From assembly GCA_040081625.1 (NCBI GenBank), contig JBEBGD010000071.1, positions 1-28,336 on the forward strand: a stretch of 28,336 nt of DNA, given 5' to 3'. The position numbers were made by a program, and so were the translations under genes. How positions within the stretch are numbered: the first letter of the stretch is position 1; each line of letters begins with the position of its first letter. The notes below the pieces were generated by a model. That model was not told the DNA's origin, searched no databases, and saw only the letters and a list, made by a program, of their open reading frames with translations. Positions 1 through 10,176 of the stretch are shown here, one piece after another. Source of the DNA: Chthoniobacteraceae bacterium. GTDB taxonomy: Bacteria > Verrucomicrobiota > Verrucomicrobiia > Chthoniobacterales > Chthoniobacteraceae.

Positions 1-2729
1 ACCGCGGCGCCCATCCCACCATTGCCAGAACCGCTCGACGAACCGGAGCCGCCGCTGCCCGCGACGACCGCGAGCGCGGCGAAGTAGGGAGTCCCGAACA
101 AGTCGGCGTAAGGCACGCTGCTCGCGAGATCGGTTGCGATGATGGTGAGCGTGCTGATGCCGCCGGCATGTCCGCCATGGCCAGCCGTGCCGAGCGCCGC
201 TCCCCCATCGCCGCCGAAGACGCCCAGCCCATTCATGAAGCCGCCGGCCTTGAGCGTCGTATTGGCGATCGAGCCGCCCTTGCCGCCGCTCGACTTCTCC
301 GAGCCGACGCCGCCGAGGCCCGCGGAGACATTCGCGTCGCCAGCGATCGCGCCCGTGGCGATGAAGGTGAGCTTGTTGATCGTGCCTCCCATCGAAGCGG
401 TCCCGCCATTGGTCCGGCCCATCGAGCCGCCGTAGCCCGAGTCGATCGTCGCCGAGCCGGGCATCGTGCCGAAGTTGATCGTCGCATTCGTGATCGCGCC
501 GCCCACTGCGGAGAGGCCGCCCACCAACCCCGCCGTGCCCGTGCCGCCGTCGCCGCCATTGCCGCTCCGCAAGGTGAGCGAACTCAGCACGCTGCCGACG
601 TTCACGCTCAGGCCGGTCACCGCGCCGCCGGCGCCACCATTGCCCCCGATCGACCCGCCGGAGCCACCGATGCCGCCGGCGAAGCCCTCGATGCGCAGCC
701 CCGTGTTCGCGGTCCCGTCGCCCACATCGTTCGACACCGTCAGCGTCACATTCGTCATCGCGCCACCGGCGCCGCCCGCGCCGGTGCCATTGCCCGCGCC
801 GCCATCGCCCACATGGAGGACGACATCGCCGAGCACCGAACCGTTGACCGTGATCGTCGTCGTCGTGACGCTGCCACCCGCGCCGCCCGCGCCGTAGCTG
901 CCCGCTGCCGTGCCGCCAAACGCACCGCTGAACGCAGTAACGTCGAGAAGTCCAGCGATGTCGCCGGTGACGAGCTTCAATCCGTTCACCACGCCGCCGC
1001 GACCGCCAGCGGCTTTGCTCGCATCCGTCAGGCCTGCGCCGCCGGCCACGACCGTGACGGTTTGCGCATCGCCGATGGTGAACTGATTCGACGGCGAAAT
1101 ATCGCCGCCATTTCCGCTCGCGATGGCCGTGACGCTGCCGAGCGGGAGGATGTCGCCGCCATCGCCAGCGCGTGCATCGAACACACCGCCGGAGAGGTCG
1201 GAAGTCGTGACCACATTGCTCCCGATGCTGCCGCCAGCACCGCCGCGCAAGCGTCCGTCGCCGCCGCGTCCGCCAAAGATTCCCACGCCGACGCCGGTGG
1301 TCTGAAATGCGCTCTGGATGCTCGCGGTGTTGCCGAGCACCGCTCCTCCGGCGCCGCCATTGCCCGACGTTCCTGTCGCGTCTCCCCCGGCGCCGCCGAC
1401 CCAATCGAGTGTCGCAATCGCTCCGCCGCTCGACGGCAGAATCGCCGAGTTGCCGGAAACTTTGCCACCCGCTCCGCCATTGCCGCTGCCCGTATTCGCA
1501 CCACCCGCACCGGCGACGAAATCGAGAACGGGGGCGTCGAAACCGACAACGGGAGTCGTCTGCTGCGCCGGATCCGTGTCCGTGACTTTTAGATTCAACA
1601 CGTTGCCACCGACACCTCCCGCACCGCTGCCTGCCGACGCGCCGCCCGCGCCGGCCAGGATGTGAACGCGACCCCAATTCCCCGCGATGCTGACATGCGG
1701 ACCGGCCACGCCAGTGACCGCGCTGATCGAGCCACCGGCGCCTCCCGTCGTCGTCCCAGCGCCGCCGTCGCCCGCGACCAACGCGATCTCCCCGCTGCTG
1801 GAGCCGACCGAGGTCGCGAGCACCGCCGAGCGGACGGTGATGCTCCCGCCCGCGCCACCCGTCGCACCCGAGCCACCGTGCCCGGCGGCGATCCGCGTGT
1901 CCTGCTGGAGCACCGGCATGCTCGCGACCACGAGATTCGTGATGCTGCCGCCCGCGCCACCGGCACCGCCCGGCTTCGCCGCGCCGTCGCCAGCCTCGAT
2001 CGCCCCCGCGCCCCCGGCGAGCGTCACGTTCGCCATCCCGCCGCCACTGGTTCCGGCGGCGACGACTGGCAGCGCGAATGTGATCGCGTGTGCCGCATTC
2101 CCATCGAGCGTGAAGACCTCCCCGGTCATCGCCGTGCCGGTCACTATCACATCGACGCTGAAACCCGTGCCCGGGCTGACGCCGTGGATCTTCTGCCCCA
2201 CCGTGAGCTGCTGGATCGACCCCGCAGCGATGTAATACCCCGCGCCGCCGTCGATCGTGAGGTTTGTGATCGTAGCGTTGTGGAACTGCACAACATTTCC
2301 AGGCGAAGACCACGCGCCCGTCGAACTGAGGGCTGGGATGATGTCGCCGCTCACGTCGGTGAAAATGCGCGCGTTCAGTCCGTGGCCGAACGCGACGCCC
2401 GACATCTCGTCGAGATCGAAATCGGTGTCGCCATTGATGTCCTTGAAGAACACCCGCGCGAGGCCGGCGGACACCGTCATCAGCACCGTCTGGTCGCCGG
2501 CCGTCGCTGGATTGCCGTCCGCGTCGTGCCTCAACGAATCACCCGCGCCGAGCCGCACCGTGGCATCGGCCAGCGCGACGGGCAGCGCCGTCGGGCCGTC
2601 GCCGACCAGCGACATGTCGCCGAGCGCGGAGTTGTAGATCTTCAAATCGCCGACGGCGCCGCTGACGAAAAAGATCGCCGGGGCGATACGGGCTTCGAGG
2701 ATTTCGATCGTGTTCGTGTTCGTGTGCAT
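1..2729 (-). CDS. Large glycine-rich repeat protein, probably extracellular/surface, with LEPR-XLL-like N-terminal motif; partial, runs off the left edge (about 909 aa visible)
   Basis: Manual translation from ATG at 2729: MHTNTNTIEILEARIAPAIFFVSG..., then many units such as AGDGGAGTTTGGAGGSISAV and VGDGGAGNGTGAGGAGGAMTNVTLTV. No stop before position 1, which is probably why the ORF track omits it. The Pro-rich plus-strand ORFs are its antisense shadows. Confidence 0.85.
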   Translation of the reverse strand, partial: MHTNTNTIEILEARIAPAIFFVSGAVGDLKIYNSALGDMSLVGDGPTALPVALADATVRLGAGDSLRHDADGNPATAGDQTVLMTVSAGLARVFFKDINGDTDFDLDEMSGVAFGHGLNARIFTDVSGDIIPALSSTGAWSSPGNVVQFHNATITNLTIDGGAGYYIAAGSIQQLTVGQKIHGVSPGTGFSVDVIVTGTAMTGEVFTLDGNAAHAITFALPVVAAGTSGGGMANVTLAGGAGAIEAGDGAAKPGGAGGAGGSITNLVVASMPVLQQDTRIAAGHGGSGATGGAGGSITVRSAVLATSVGSSSGEIALVAGDGGAGTTTGGAGGSISAVTGVAGPHVSIAGNWGRVHILAGAGGASAGSGAGGVGGNVLNLKVTDTDPAQQTTPVVGFDAPVLDFVAGAGGANTGSGNGGAGGKVSGNSAILPSSGGAIATLDWVGGAGGDATGTSGNGGAGGAVLGNTASIQSAFQTTGVGVGIFGGRGGDGRLRGGAGGSIGSNVVTTSDLSGGVFDARAGDGGDILPLGSVTAIASGNGGDISPSNQFTIGDAQTVTVVAGGAGLTDASKAAGGRGGVVNGLKLVTGDIAGLLDVTAFSGAFGGTAAGSYGAGGAGGSVTTTTITVNGSVLGDVVLHVGDGGAGNGTGAGGAGGAMTNVTLTVSNDVGDGTANTGLRIEGFAGGIGGSGGSIGGNGGAGGAVTGLSVNVGSVLSSLTLRSGNGGDGGTGTAGLVGGLSAVGGAITNATINFGTMPGSATIDSGYGGSMGRTNGGTASMGGTINKLTFIATGAIAGDANVSAGLGGVGSEKSSGGKGGSIANTTLKAGGFMNGLGVFGGDGGAALGTAGHGGHAGGISTLTIIATDLASSVPYADLFGTPYFAALAVVAGSGGSGSSSGSGNGGMGAA

Positions 2730-2955
2730 GGTGGGCCTTTCGTTTTCGGGTTTTGTTTTGGGTTTTGCCGCCAGCCGCGCGCCCGCATTCAAACTCGATG
2801 GGGCCGTTTGCGGACGCGTTGCGGGCGTCGTGATCTCACCCGCGTCTAGCAATTTGGCCTTGCGGAAAACAAGGGAAAAATCTTCACCTCTTACACTTAC
2901 GTCGTAGAGCCCGGGTCCGTGGACAGCGGCAGGCTCCTTGCTAGTTTCAGGGTGC

Positions 2956-3951
2956 ATGACGAGCGACCCCATCACGCTGGCGATTGAAACTTCCTGCGAC
3001 GAGACCGCCGTCGCGGTGCTGCGCGGACGCACCATCGTCGCGAGCGAAGTCGCCTCGCAGATCGATCTTCACGCGCTCACCGGCGGCGTCGTGCCGGAGG
3101 TCGCCGCGCGCGATCATCTCCGCAAAATCCGCCCTGTGCTGGAACGGACGCTCGCCGAGGCGGGCGTGACGGTGCGCGACGTGGATGCCTACGCCGCCAC
3201 GCGCGGGCCTGGCCTGGCGACTTCGCTGATGATCGGCACGTCGATCGCGAAGGGGCTCGCGCTTGCGTCCGGCCGGCCATTCGTCGGCGTGAACCATCTC
3301 GAAGGTCACCTGCTCTCGCCGTTCTACGGCGGCTTCGTGAAGCCCGCGGTCGGCCTCGTCGTCAGCGGCGGGCATACGCTGCTCGTGAACATCGAAGGCG
3401 TCGGCAGATACAAGCCGATCGGCGGCACCGTCGATGACGCGGCGGGTGAGGCTTTCGACAAGGTCGGCAAGCTGCTCGGCCTGCCCTACCCCGGCGGCCC
3501 GCACGTGAACCGCCTCGCCGCCGATGGCGACGCGGCGCGCTACGATTTCCCGCGGAGCATGATGGATTCAGGCGATTACAGCTTCAGCTTCAGTGGGCTG
3601 AAAACATCGGTTCGTTATCTTCTGCCGAAGCTGAAGGAATATCGCGTCGCGGATCTGTGCGCGTCCTTCCAGGAAGCCGTCGTCGATGTGCTCGTCGCGA
3701 AGACGCTCAAGGCCGTCGCAGACACCGGTCGCGGCTGCATCGCGATCAGCGGCGGCGTGAGTGCGAACACGCGGCTGCGCGAGCGCTTCGAGTCGGAGTG
3801 CGCGGCGGTCGGCGTCGAGTGCCTTTTCGCCGCGCCGGAGCTCTGCACCGACAACGCCGCGATGATCGGCTACGTCGCCGCGCTCAAGCTCGCGCGCGCT
3901 GAAATCTCGCCGATGAGCACCGACATCGACCCAAATCTGCGGCTGGTCTGA
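2956..3951 (+). CDS. tsaD: tRNA N6-threonylcarbamoyladenosine biosynthesis protein TsaD
   Basis: Motifs IETSCDET, GGVVPEVAAR, NHLEGH, VSGGHT, DDAAGEAFDK, FSFSGLKT, TDNAAMI. ATG at 2956 preferred over TTG at 2938. Confidence 0.97.
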   Translation: MTSDPITLAIETSCDETAVAVLRGRTIVASEVASQIDLHALTGGVVPEVAARDHLRKIRPVLERTLAEAGVTVRDVDAYAATRGPGLATSLMIGTSIAKGLALASGRPFVGVNHLEGHLLSPFYGGFVKPAVGLVVSGGHTLLVNIEGVGRYKPIGGTVDDAAGEAFDKVGKLLGLPYPGGPHVNRLAADGDAARYDFPRSMMDSGDYSFSFSGLKTSVRYLLPKLKEYRVADLCASFQEAVVDVLVAKTLKAVADTGRGCIAISGGVSANTRLRERFESECAAVGVECLFAAPELCTDNAAMIGYVAALKLARAEISPMSTDIDPNLRLV

Positions 3952-6900
3952 TCAAACGCCCGGAACGCGCGAGAGAAGCTGGCGGGCCTTGTCCCGGGCT
4001 GCGTCGTCCGTCGCCGCCTCGATGAATTGGTTGAGCACCTTCGTGGCGAGCTGCGGCTCCTGGCGCTCCAGGCGCAAACGCGCGAGGCGTTCCGCCGCAG
4101 GCCAGTGGTCCGGTCGCAACTCGTGGGCGCGCTCAAGGTGTGTAATGGCCGACTCGACCTGCAAGGCCGCCAGTTCCGCCTCCGCCCAGTCGGCGCAGAG
4201 TCCGGCGAGATCGGCGGCGAGATCGGTTGCGCCCTGCGCGAGCGCGTTCTCGAGCACCGTGGCGACCGCGTCGAACTGCCTCGCCCGGCGCGCCTCATCA
4301 CACAGGCGGGGGGCACCGTTGCCGTCGAGCAGCGCGGGGTAATCTCCCGCGAGCCGCACCGCGCCCGCCACGTCGCCCCGCGCGAGCTCGGCATCGAACA
4401 CCGCACCGCGCAGCTCCAGCAGGGCCGTCGGCGGGAGGTGAAAGTCCGCCAGCTCGGATTCGAAACGAGCGAGCTGCCCGGATGCGACGAGGAATTCCAC
4501 GATCAACGGAACCGGGTTCGCCGCCGGGTTGCGGCTGAGGATTCGCAGCTCGGAACGCGCCGCATCGAACCGCTTCTGCCCGAGCAGCAGCCGCGCATAA
4601 GCCGTGTGAAGCTCGACCTTCTGCCCTGCGGGATCGGCCGCCGAGATCTGCTGGTAGAGCTCGACAGCGCGCGTCGGATCACCGATCGCGAGGTAAAGCT
4701 CGGCGGTGGAGCCGAGCAGCCCGGCGTCGAACACCGCGCGCGCGGCGAGTTCCCCCGCGACTGCGGCCGCCTTCCCGCGATCTCCAGTCGAGTGCAATGC
4801 ACGAGCCCACGCTGCCAGACGCTTCGGGTCCGCCGCATCGAGTCGCGCGGTCCGCTCGAGGATCTCGAGGCGCATCGGCGGCACGCCGTCAGGCGGGAAC
4901 GCATCGAGCACCGGTTGCAGGGCCGAGAAATCCAGGCCGGCGTGCGCGGAGAGCTGCGTCCACGTCTGCGCTGCGCCGGCCCGCTCGCCGCTACGAATCT
5001 GCCAGGCCAGCCATGCGGCCCCGGCGACGACATCGCCCCGCCCAGCGTCCCATGCGTGGATCACCTCGTCGCGCAACTCGGGCTCGATCTCGAGCCGCTT
5101 CGCCTCACGCTGCGCGAGCGCGAAATAAGCGCTCATCGCCTGGCTGTCGCCATCCGCGGCCTGGCGCAGCCGGCGCATCTCGCGCAGCGCATCGGCGCGA
5201 TTCACGGGCAGCAGCTCGACGAGGCGCGACTGGAGCGCGAAGCCCATCTTCGAATTGCGCGTCCGACCGAGCGCCACGCGCAGCAGCCGCAGCGCGTTGT
5301 CCCCATCGCCGCGCGACTTGAGTTCATTGGCCGTTGCCAGCACCACGCGGGGCCGGTCCGCCTCCGGCACTCGTTCGAGAGTCGCGAGCGCTTCCTCGAG
5401 CCGGTCGGCCTTCACGTTCAGCGTGGCAAGCCGCGCGTCGATCTCGCTTCCCGTGACCTTCTCGAGCAGTTCGATCGCCTCGGGCGTCCTCTCCATCGAG
5501 TCGAGGAGGGTCGCGAGCGAGAGCCGGGCGGCGGCGTTGCCTGGCTCGATGGCGAGCACACGGCGCCACGCCGCCTCGGCATCGGCCGGCTGGTCGCTGC
5601 GCTGATGCAGGTCGGCCAGCTTCGCCGAAGTGCGCGCGTCGAGCGGGCCGCCGGTGCCGATCGCTGCGAGCTGCTGGCGGGCGCCGGCGAAGTCCCCGCG
5701 TCGCGCGAGCGCATCGACGAGTTGATGAACGAGATCGCGGTGCGCCGCGTCGTTCGGCCGGAAATGCCCCTCCGAGACGACGCGGGTGAGGATCGCCTCG
5801 GTCGTTGTCCAGTCGTTCGCGTTGCGGCAGGCACCGAGCGCATTGCGGAGCGCGTGCGGATTCGCGGGCTCGAGCGCCCAGAGCTGGCGGTAGATCGTCA
5901 CCGCGAGCGGATTTGCGCCGAAGGCCTCGAGCGTCTCGGCGAGCGGGAGCAGCCCGTCGGGCGGCGCGTAGTGCGCGTAGCTGTCGATCACCGCAGCCGC
6001 ATCGTCCGGCTCGCCGCGCATGAGCCTGAGCGCGGTCAGTCGCGTGCGCACCTCGAGCGCGCGGGCGCGGATCGCGTCGCCTTCCGGCGCGGGTTGCTGC
6101 ACTTGCAAGGCGATGGCGGCATCGTCCGCGAGCGCGCGCTCCCACAGGTGCGCCGCGGCCCACGGCAGGTGCCAGTTCACGAACTGCACGCCCGTGCCGA
6201 GCACGAAATCCCACTGCCGGGTCGCCGCCGTCGCGCGTCCATCGAGCGCCGCGGACATGGGCCGAAGCGCGATCAGCCGGTCGAGTTGCGCGGTCGCACG
6301 CTTCTCATCGCCGCCGAGCGCCGCGAGCAGCGCGCGCGTGAGCGCCGACTGCACCGGTCGCGTTGCGTCGTCGAGCTTCGCCTCGAACTCCTGCGCGAGC
6401 ACGATCCGCTCGCGCGGCGGCAGCAGCAGGTGGAGCGTGCGCAGCGCGGCGTAGAAAGAGGCGTTGAGCGTGTCGTGGGTGCCCTCGATCGAGCCGCGCA
6501 ACGTGCGCGTCGCCGCCGCGAGATCGCCGAGCTGCACGTGCCACAGCGCGAGTTCGAGCGCGCCCTCGGCGCGCTGCGTGTTCAGCCGGTCGAGCACCCG
6601 CGTGCCGAGCTGCACGGCCGCGCGGAGGTGGCCGCGTTGCGCGAGCCCGGTCGCCGCCTGCCAGAGATTCGCGCGGTGGCCGTCGGGGAAAAGATTCTCC
6701 ACCAACCCGGCGGGAACAGCGCCGCGGTGTGCGCCGAGATATTGCTCGAGCGCGAGCATGAGAAAGTCGCGTTCCACCGGGGTGCGAGTCCGGTCGTTGT
6801 TCCAGGCGCCGAGGCGCTCGAACTCGCCGGTCTCCAAGGCGAGCCAGATGAAGGCATTCACCCGCCCGGCATCGTCTGGCTTCGCGGCGATGAGCTTTTG

Positions 6901-9900
6901 CACCTCGTCGAGCAGCTGCGTGCTCGCGCCGGAAAAATAGAGCGCCCACAATCGCTCAGTCGGCGCGACTTCCGGCCGTTGCCAGCGCTCGACCCACTGC
7001 GCGAGCGAGCCGGGGTCGCCCTTCGCCGCGGTCAGCTCCGCAAGATCCTGGATGGTGGCGAGCCGCGACGGGACATCGCCCGCCGGGGCGCGGACTCCCG
7101 ACTTGTCCAGCCAGAGCGTGCGAAGCGTCTTGAGCGCGTCGGCGCTCGGTTGCACGGTGCGCCGCAGGACGGTGCTCCGATAGCTCATCTCGAGCCGGCT
7201 CGAATCGTCGGGGACCACCGCGGGGTAGAGGATGGGCTCGCCCGGTTTCGGCGGCTCAGTCTGCGCGAGCATCTGCTCGAGACACTCTTCCGCCTCGGCG
7301 GGCTCGCCGTCGGTGAGGCTCAGTTCGGCGAGTTGCGCGAGCGCGCGTTGATTCCCCGGCTCGATCTCGCGGATGCGCCGGAGCAGCAGGATGGCGCGCT
7401 GGGGCCGGCCCCACGTGCGCGAAAACGCCGCCGCCTTCTCGAGCACCGACACATCGCGCGGAAACTTGGCGGTCAGCCGCGCCCACGTGGCAGCCGCGGC
7501 TTCAGGTTGCAGGCTGCGCTCCTGCAACTCGGCGAGGCGCAGCCAGCCTTCCGGCCCGGCCTGCGGCACGACGCGCACGTAGCGGTCCTGCAACTTCACC
7601 GCGGCGCCGAGCCGGTGCAGCTCCTCGGCTTCCCGCACGAGTTCGGGCAGCGCCTCGGCGGGATCGGGCGCGGAGAGCGCGGCGTCCGCGAGCACCTCGA
7701 ACGCGGCAGCCTTGTTGCCCTGCGCCTTCAGCACGCGGCCGAGCGCGATCTCGGTGAAGTAATCGTCCACGCGCAATTTGTGACGCGCCTCGAACTGCGC
7801 GCGCAGCCAGTCGAGCAGCCCATGGCGCGAGCAGTGCGTGAGCAAGTCGCTGAAGTGCGCGAACTGCTGCTGCGAATCGCCCCCTCCATCGATTTGCTGG
7901 AGCAGCAGCTCCGCCGCCTGCGGCCGCAGGCCGAGCCGGTCGAAGACGCGAAGCAGCGCGGTGACGACGTCGTGTTTGCGCGACGCGGGGCTGATGGCGT
8001 GGAGCTGCTTGAGCGTAGCGAGCGCCTGATCCCACTGCTCGCCGCGCTGCTGCGCGATTGCGAGGTCGTTGAGCGCATCGAGGTCGCCGGGGGTTTCGCT
8101 CACGAGCAGGCGGAAGGTGGTGAGTGCGTCCTCGACCTGGCCGGCCTGGAGCTGCACCTGGCCGAGCCGGCGCAGATACGCGGGTCGATTGGCGGGATCG
8201 AGCCGCGCGAGATCCCGCAGGTGCTGCTGCGCGCCCGCGCCCTGTGGATCGCCCGCGAAAAGACGCGCGAGAAAATCGTGCGCTGGAATCGAGCCGGCAT
8301 TGAGCGCGAGCGCGCGCTCGGCGGCGTCGATCGCGCCGCGCGGGTTGCGGCTCCACTGCTGCCAGCGCGCGACGCGCAACCAACGCTCCTCGCCCGGCTG
8401 CTCCACGGCCGCGCGAAGCAGGTTCAGCAGGTAGGACTGCGCCGCCGAGCTCGTGGCCATCGCGGCGGATTCGGGGCGCGGAACGCCGGGCTGCGGATCG
8501 TCTTCGCCGGGCTGCTTCTGATTCCGCAGGCTGTCGTAGAGCCGCTGGTCGGCCTCGGTCGCCTCCGCCGGGCTCGCGCTCAAGGCGAACGCGCGCTCGA
8601 ACGCGACCTCCGCTCCGGCGTAACGCCCCGCGGCGGCCTCGAGTTCGCCCAGCATGAAATGAAACTCGCGCGCGTCCTCGCGCAGCTCGATCGCCGCGCG
8701 CACGGCCTGAACGGCGCCGGCCATGTCGTTCTGCGCCTTGAGTTCACCCGCGATGCGGAAGTGCGCCGCAGCGCGCTGCGCGGGAGGCTCGGCTGCGTTG
8801 ACGAGTCGCGTGAGGGTGGTGCGCGCGTCGGCTTCGCGATGGCTCGCGAAATAGAAACTCGCGAGCGCGACGATGGCGTCGGGGGAATTGCCGGCGGCGT
8901 CGGCGCGCAGGTGCGCCTCGGCGAGACTGTGGAGCCGGTGCGTGTGGTAAAACTCCAGCGCCTTCGTGCGGATGCCTTCGTCGTTGTCGGAGCGCGCGAG
9001 GAGCGCGGCGATGCGATCGCCCGCGGCGGTCGGCAGCTCGAGCTGCACGTCGATGCGCGCGCGCTCGAAGACGAGGTCGATGTTTCGCGGCTCGGAGCCG
9101 AGCAGCTCGTCGTAGGCACCGGCCGCGCGGTCGAGCAGATCCATCTGCGCGAGCAGGCGCGCGAGGCGCCGCCGGTATTCGAGATTCTTCGGCGCGACGG
9201 TGACGAGCTTCTCGACCCACACGAGCTGCTGTTCGTGGTCGCCGAGACGTCCGTAGAGTTCGATGAGCTGAAGATACGCGCCGAGGTCGCGTGGGTTGTC
9301 CTCCGCGAATTTCCTCCACTTCGCCTCGAGCTCCGGCGTGCGGTGGTAGCGCTCGTGCAGGCGGATGAGCTGGCCTTCGAGTTCGGCGCGCAGCCAGTTG
9401 CCGGGGCTGGTGAAGGCGAGCGCCTTCTCGATCGCCACGATCGCCGCGTCCTGGTCGCCGTGGGATTGATGGATCGCGCCGATCTGCTGGAGCGCTTCCG
9501 CGCGTTCCTGGGGCGCGCCGTGCCCGACGATGTAGTCGAGATGCGGGATCGCGCGCTTGCCGAGTTGATTTCGCACGTAGGTGTCCGCGAGCTGGCGGCG
9601 CAGCACGAGGTCCGTCGGCGCGAGCGTGGCCGTCCGCTCCCACGCCTCGGCGGTCTTCTCGAGATCGCCGGACGCGATTGCCGCCGCGCCGAGCTGGAGC
9701 AGGGCGTCGGTTTTCTGCGGGCCGTCGGGCAGCAGGGCCGCCGCTTTCTCGAACCACGCGAGCGACTCGGCGTGATGCCCGAGCGCGCTTTCGGTGCGGC
9801 CGAGCGCGAGGGCCGGCGCGGCACTGCGTGGATCGGAGGCGGCTGCGCGCTGAAAAGCCGCGAGCGCATCGGCGTCGCGCCCCGCCTTGCGCAGCAGCAG

Positions 9901-10125
9901 GCCGAGGATCATCTGCGCGGCGTAGGTCGGCTGGGCCTCGAACTGCGCGATCAACGTGCCCGTGCGCCCGTCGGCGGCGTAAGCCTGCCAGAGCCGGTCG
10001 AGCGCCGTGCCTTCGGCGGGATTTGCCTCGAGCATCTGCACGTAGCGCTCGATCACTTTCGCCGAAGGCGCCTGTGCAGCCGCGAGCGCGGGCAGGAGCG
10101 AGATGGCGAGAAGGCGACGAAGCAT
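3952..10125 (-). CDS. Very large (2057 aa) tetratricopeptide-repeat protein with probable Sec signal peptide
   Basis: N-terminus MLRRLLAISLLPALAAAQA is signal-like. TPR-type helical pairs recur throughout (e.g. AAAPALALGRTESALGHHAESLAWFEKAAALLP; AEAAWRRVLAIEPGNAAARLSLATLL). No catalytic motif recognised. Confidence 0.85.
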   Translation of the reverse strand: MLRRLLAISLLPALAAAQAPSAKVIERYVQMLEANPAEGTALDRLWQAYAADGRTGTLIAQFEAQPTYAAQMILGLLLRKAGRDADALAAFQRAAASDPRSAAPALALGRTESALGHHAESLAWFEKAAALLPDGPQKTDALLQLGAAAIASGDLEKTAEAWERTATLAPTDLVLRRQLADTYVRNQLGKRAIPHLDYIVGHGAPQERAEALQQIGAIHQSHGDQDAAIVAIEKALAFTSPGNWLRAELEGQLIRLHERYHRTPELEAKWRKFAEDNPRDLGAYLQLIELYGRLGDHEQQLVWVEKLVTVAPKNLEYRRRLARLLAQMDLLDRAAGAYDELLGSEPRNIDLVFERARIDVQLELPTAAGDRIAALLARSDNDEGIRTKALEFYHTHRLHSLAEAHLRADAAGNSPDAIVALASFYFASHREADARTTLTRLVNAAEPPAQRAAAHFRIAGELKAQNDMAGAVQAVRAAIELREDAREFHFMLGELEAAAGRYAGAEVAFERAFALSASPAEATEADQRLYDSLRNQKQPGEDDPQPGVPRPESAAMATSSAAQSYLLNLLRAAVEQPGEERWLRVARWQQWSRNPRGAIDAAERALALNAGSIPAHDFLARLFAGDPQGAGAQQHLRDLARLDPANRPAYLRRLGQVQLQAGQVEDALTTFRLLVSETPGDLDALNDLAIAQQRGEQWDQALATLKQLHAISPASRKHDVVTALLRVFDRLGLRPQAAELLLQQIDGGGDSQQQFAHFSDLLTHCSRHGLLDWLRAQFEARHKLRVDDYFTEIALGRVLKAQGNKAAAFEVLADAALSAPDPAEALPELVREAEELHRLGAAVKLQDRYVRVVPQAGPEGWLRLAELQERSLQPEAAAATWARLTAKFPRDVSVLEKAAAFSRTWGRPQRAILLLRRIREIEPGNQRALAQLAELSLTDGEPAEAEECLEQMLAQTEPPKPGEPILYPAVVPDDSSRLEMSYRSTVLRRTVQPSADALKTLRTLWLDKSGVRAPAGDVPSRLATIQDLAELTAAKGDPGSLAQWVERWQRPEVAPTERLWALYFSGASTQLLDEVQKLIAAKPDDAGRVNAFIWLALETGEFERLGAWNNDRTRTPVERDFLMLALEQYLGAHRGAVPAGLVENLFPDGHRANLWQAATGLAQRGHLRAAVQLGTRVLDRLNTQRAEGALELALWHVQLGDLAAATRTLRGSIEGTHDTLNASFYAALRTLHLLLPPRERIVLAQEFEAKLDDATRPVQSALTRALLAALGGDEKRATAQLDRLIALRPMSAALDGRATAATRQWDFVLGTGVQFVNWHLPWAAAHLWERALADDAAIALQVQQPAPEGDAIRARALEVRTRLTALRLMRGEPDDAAAVIDSYAHYAPPDGLLPLAETLEAFGANPLAVTIYRQLWALEPANPHALRNALGACRNANDWTTTEAILTRVVSEGHFRPNDAAHRDLVHQLVDALARRGDFAGARQQLAAIGTGGPLDARTSAKLADLHQRSDQPADAEAAWRRVLAIEPGNAAARLSLATLLDSMERTPEAIELLEKVTGSEIDARLATLNVKADRLEEALATLERVPEADRPRVVLATANELKSRGDGDNALRLLRVALGRTRNSKMGFALQSRLVELLPVNRADALREMRRLRQAADGDSQAMSAYFALAQREAKRLEIEPELRDEVIHAWDAGRGDVVAGAAWLAWQIRSGERAGAAQTWTQLSAHAGLDFSALQPVLDAFPPDGVPPMRLEILERTARLDAADPKRLAAWARALHSTGDRGKAAAVAGELAARAVFDAGLLGSTAELYLAIGDPTRAVELYQQISAADPAGQKVELHTAYARLLLGQKRFDAARSELRILSRNPAANPVPLIVEFLVASGQLARFESELADFHLPPTALLELRGAVFDAELARGDVAGAVRLAGDYPALLDGNGAPRLCDEARRARQFDAVATVLENALAQGATDLAADLAGLCADWAEAELAALQVESAITHLERAHELRPDHWPAAERLARLRLERQEPQLATKVLNQFIEAATDDAARDKARQLLSRVPGV

Positions 10126-10176
10126 CGCCGGAGTATTCGCGTGGCGTGGCGGATGGCAACCGCCGTGCGCGCGTCG

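Noticed and set aside
1..2729. PE_PGRS call for the GGAGG-rich protein
   Set aside because: No PE domain; the repeats are interspersed with beta-strand-like segments and the context is not mycobacterial.
139..2849. Plus-strand Pro-rich and Arg-rich ORFs (e.g. 168..1592, 1662..2849)
   Set aside because: Antisense shadows of the Gly-rich minus-strand gene.
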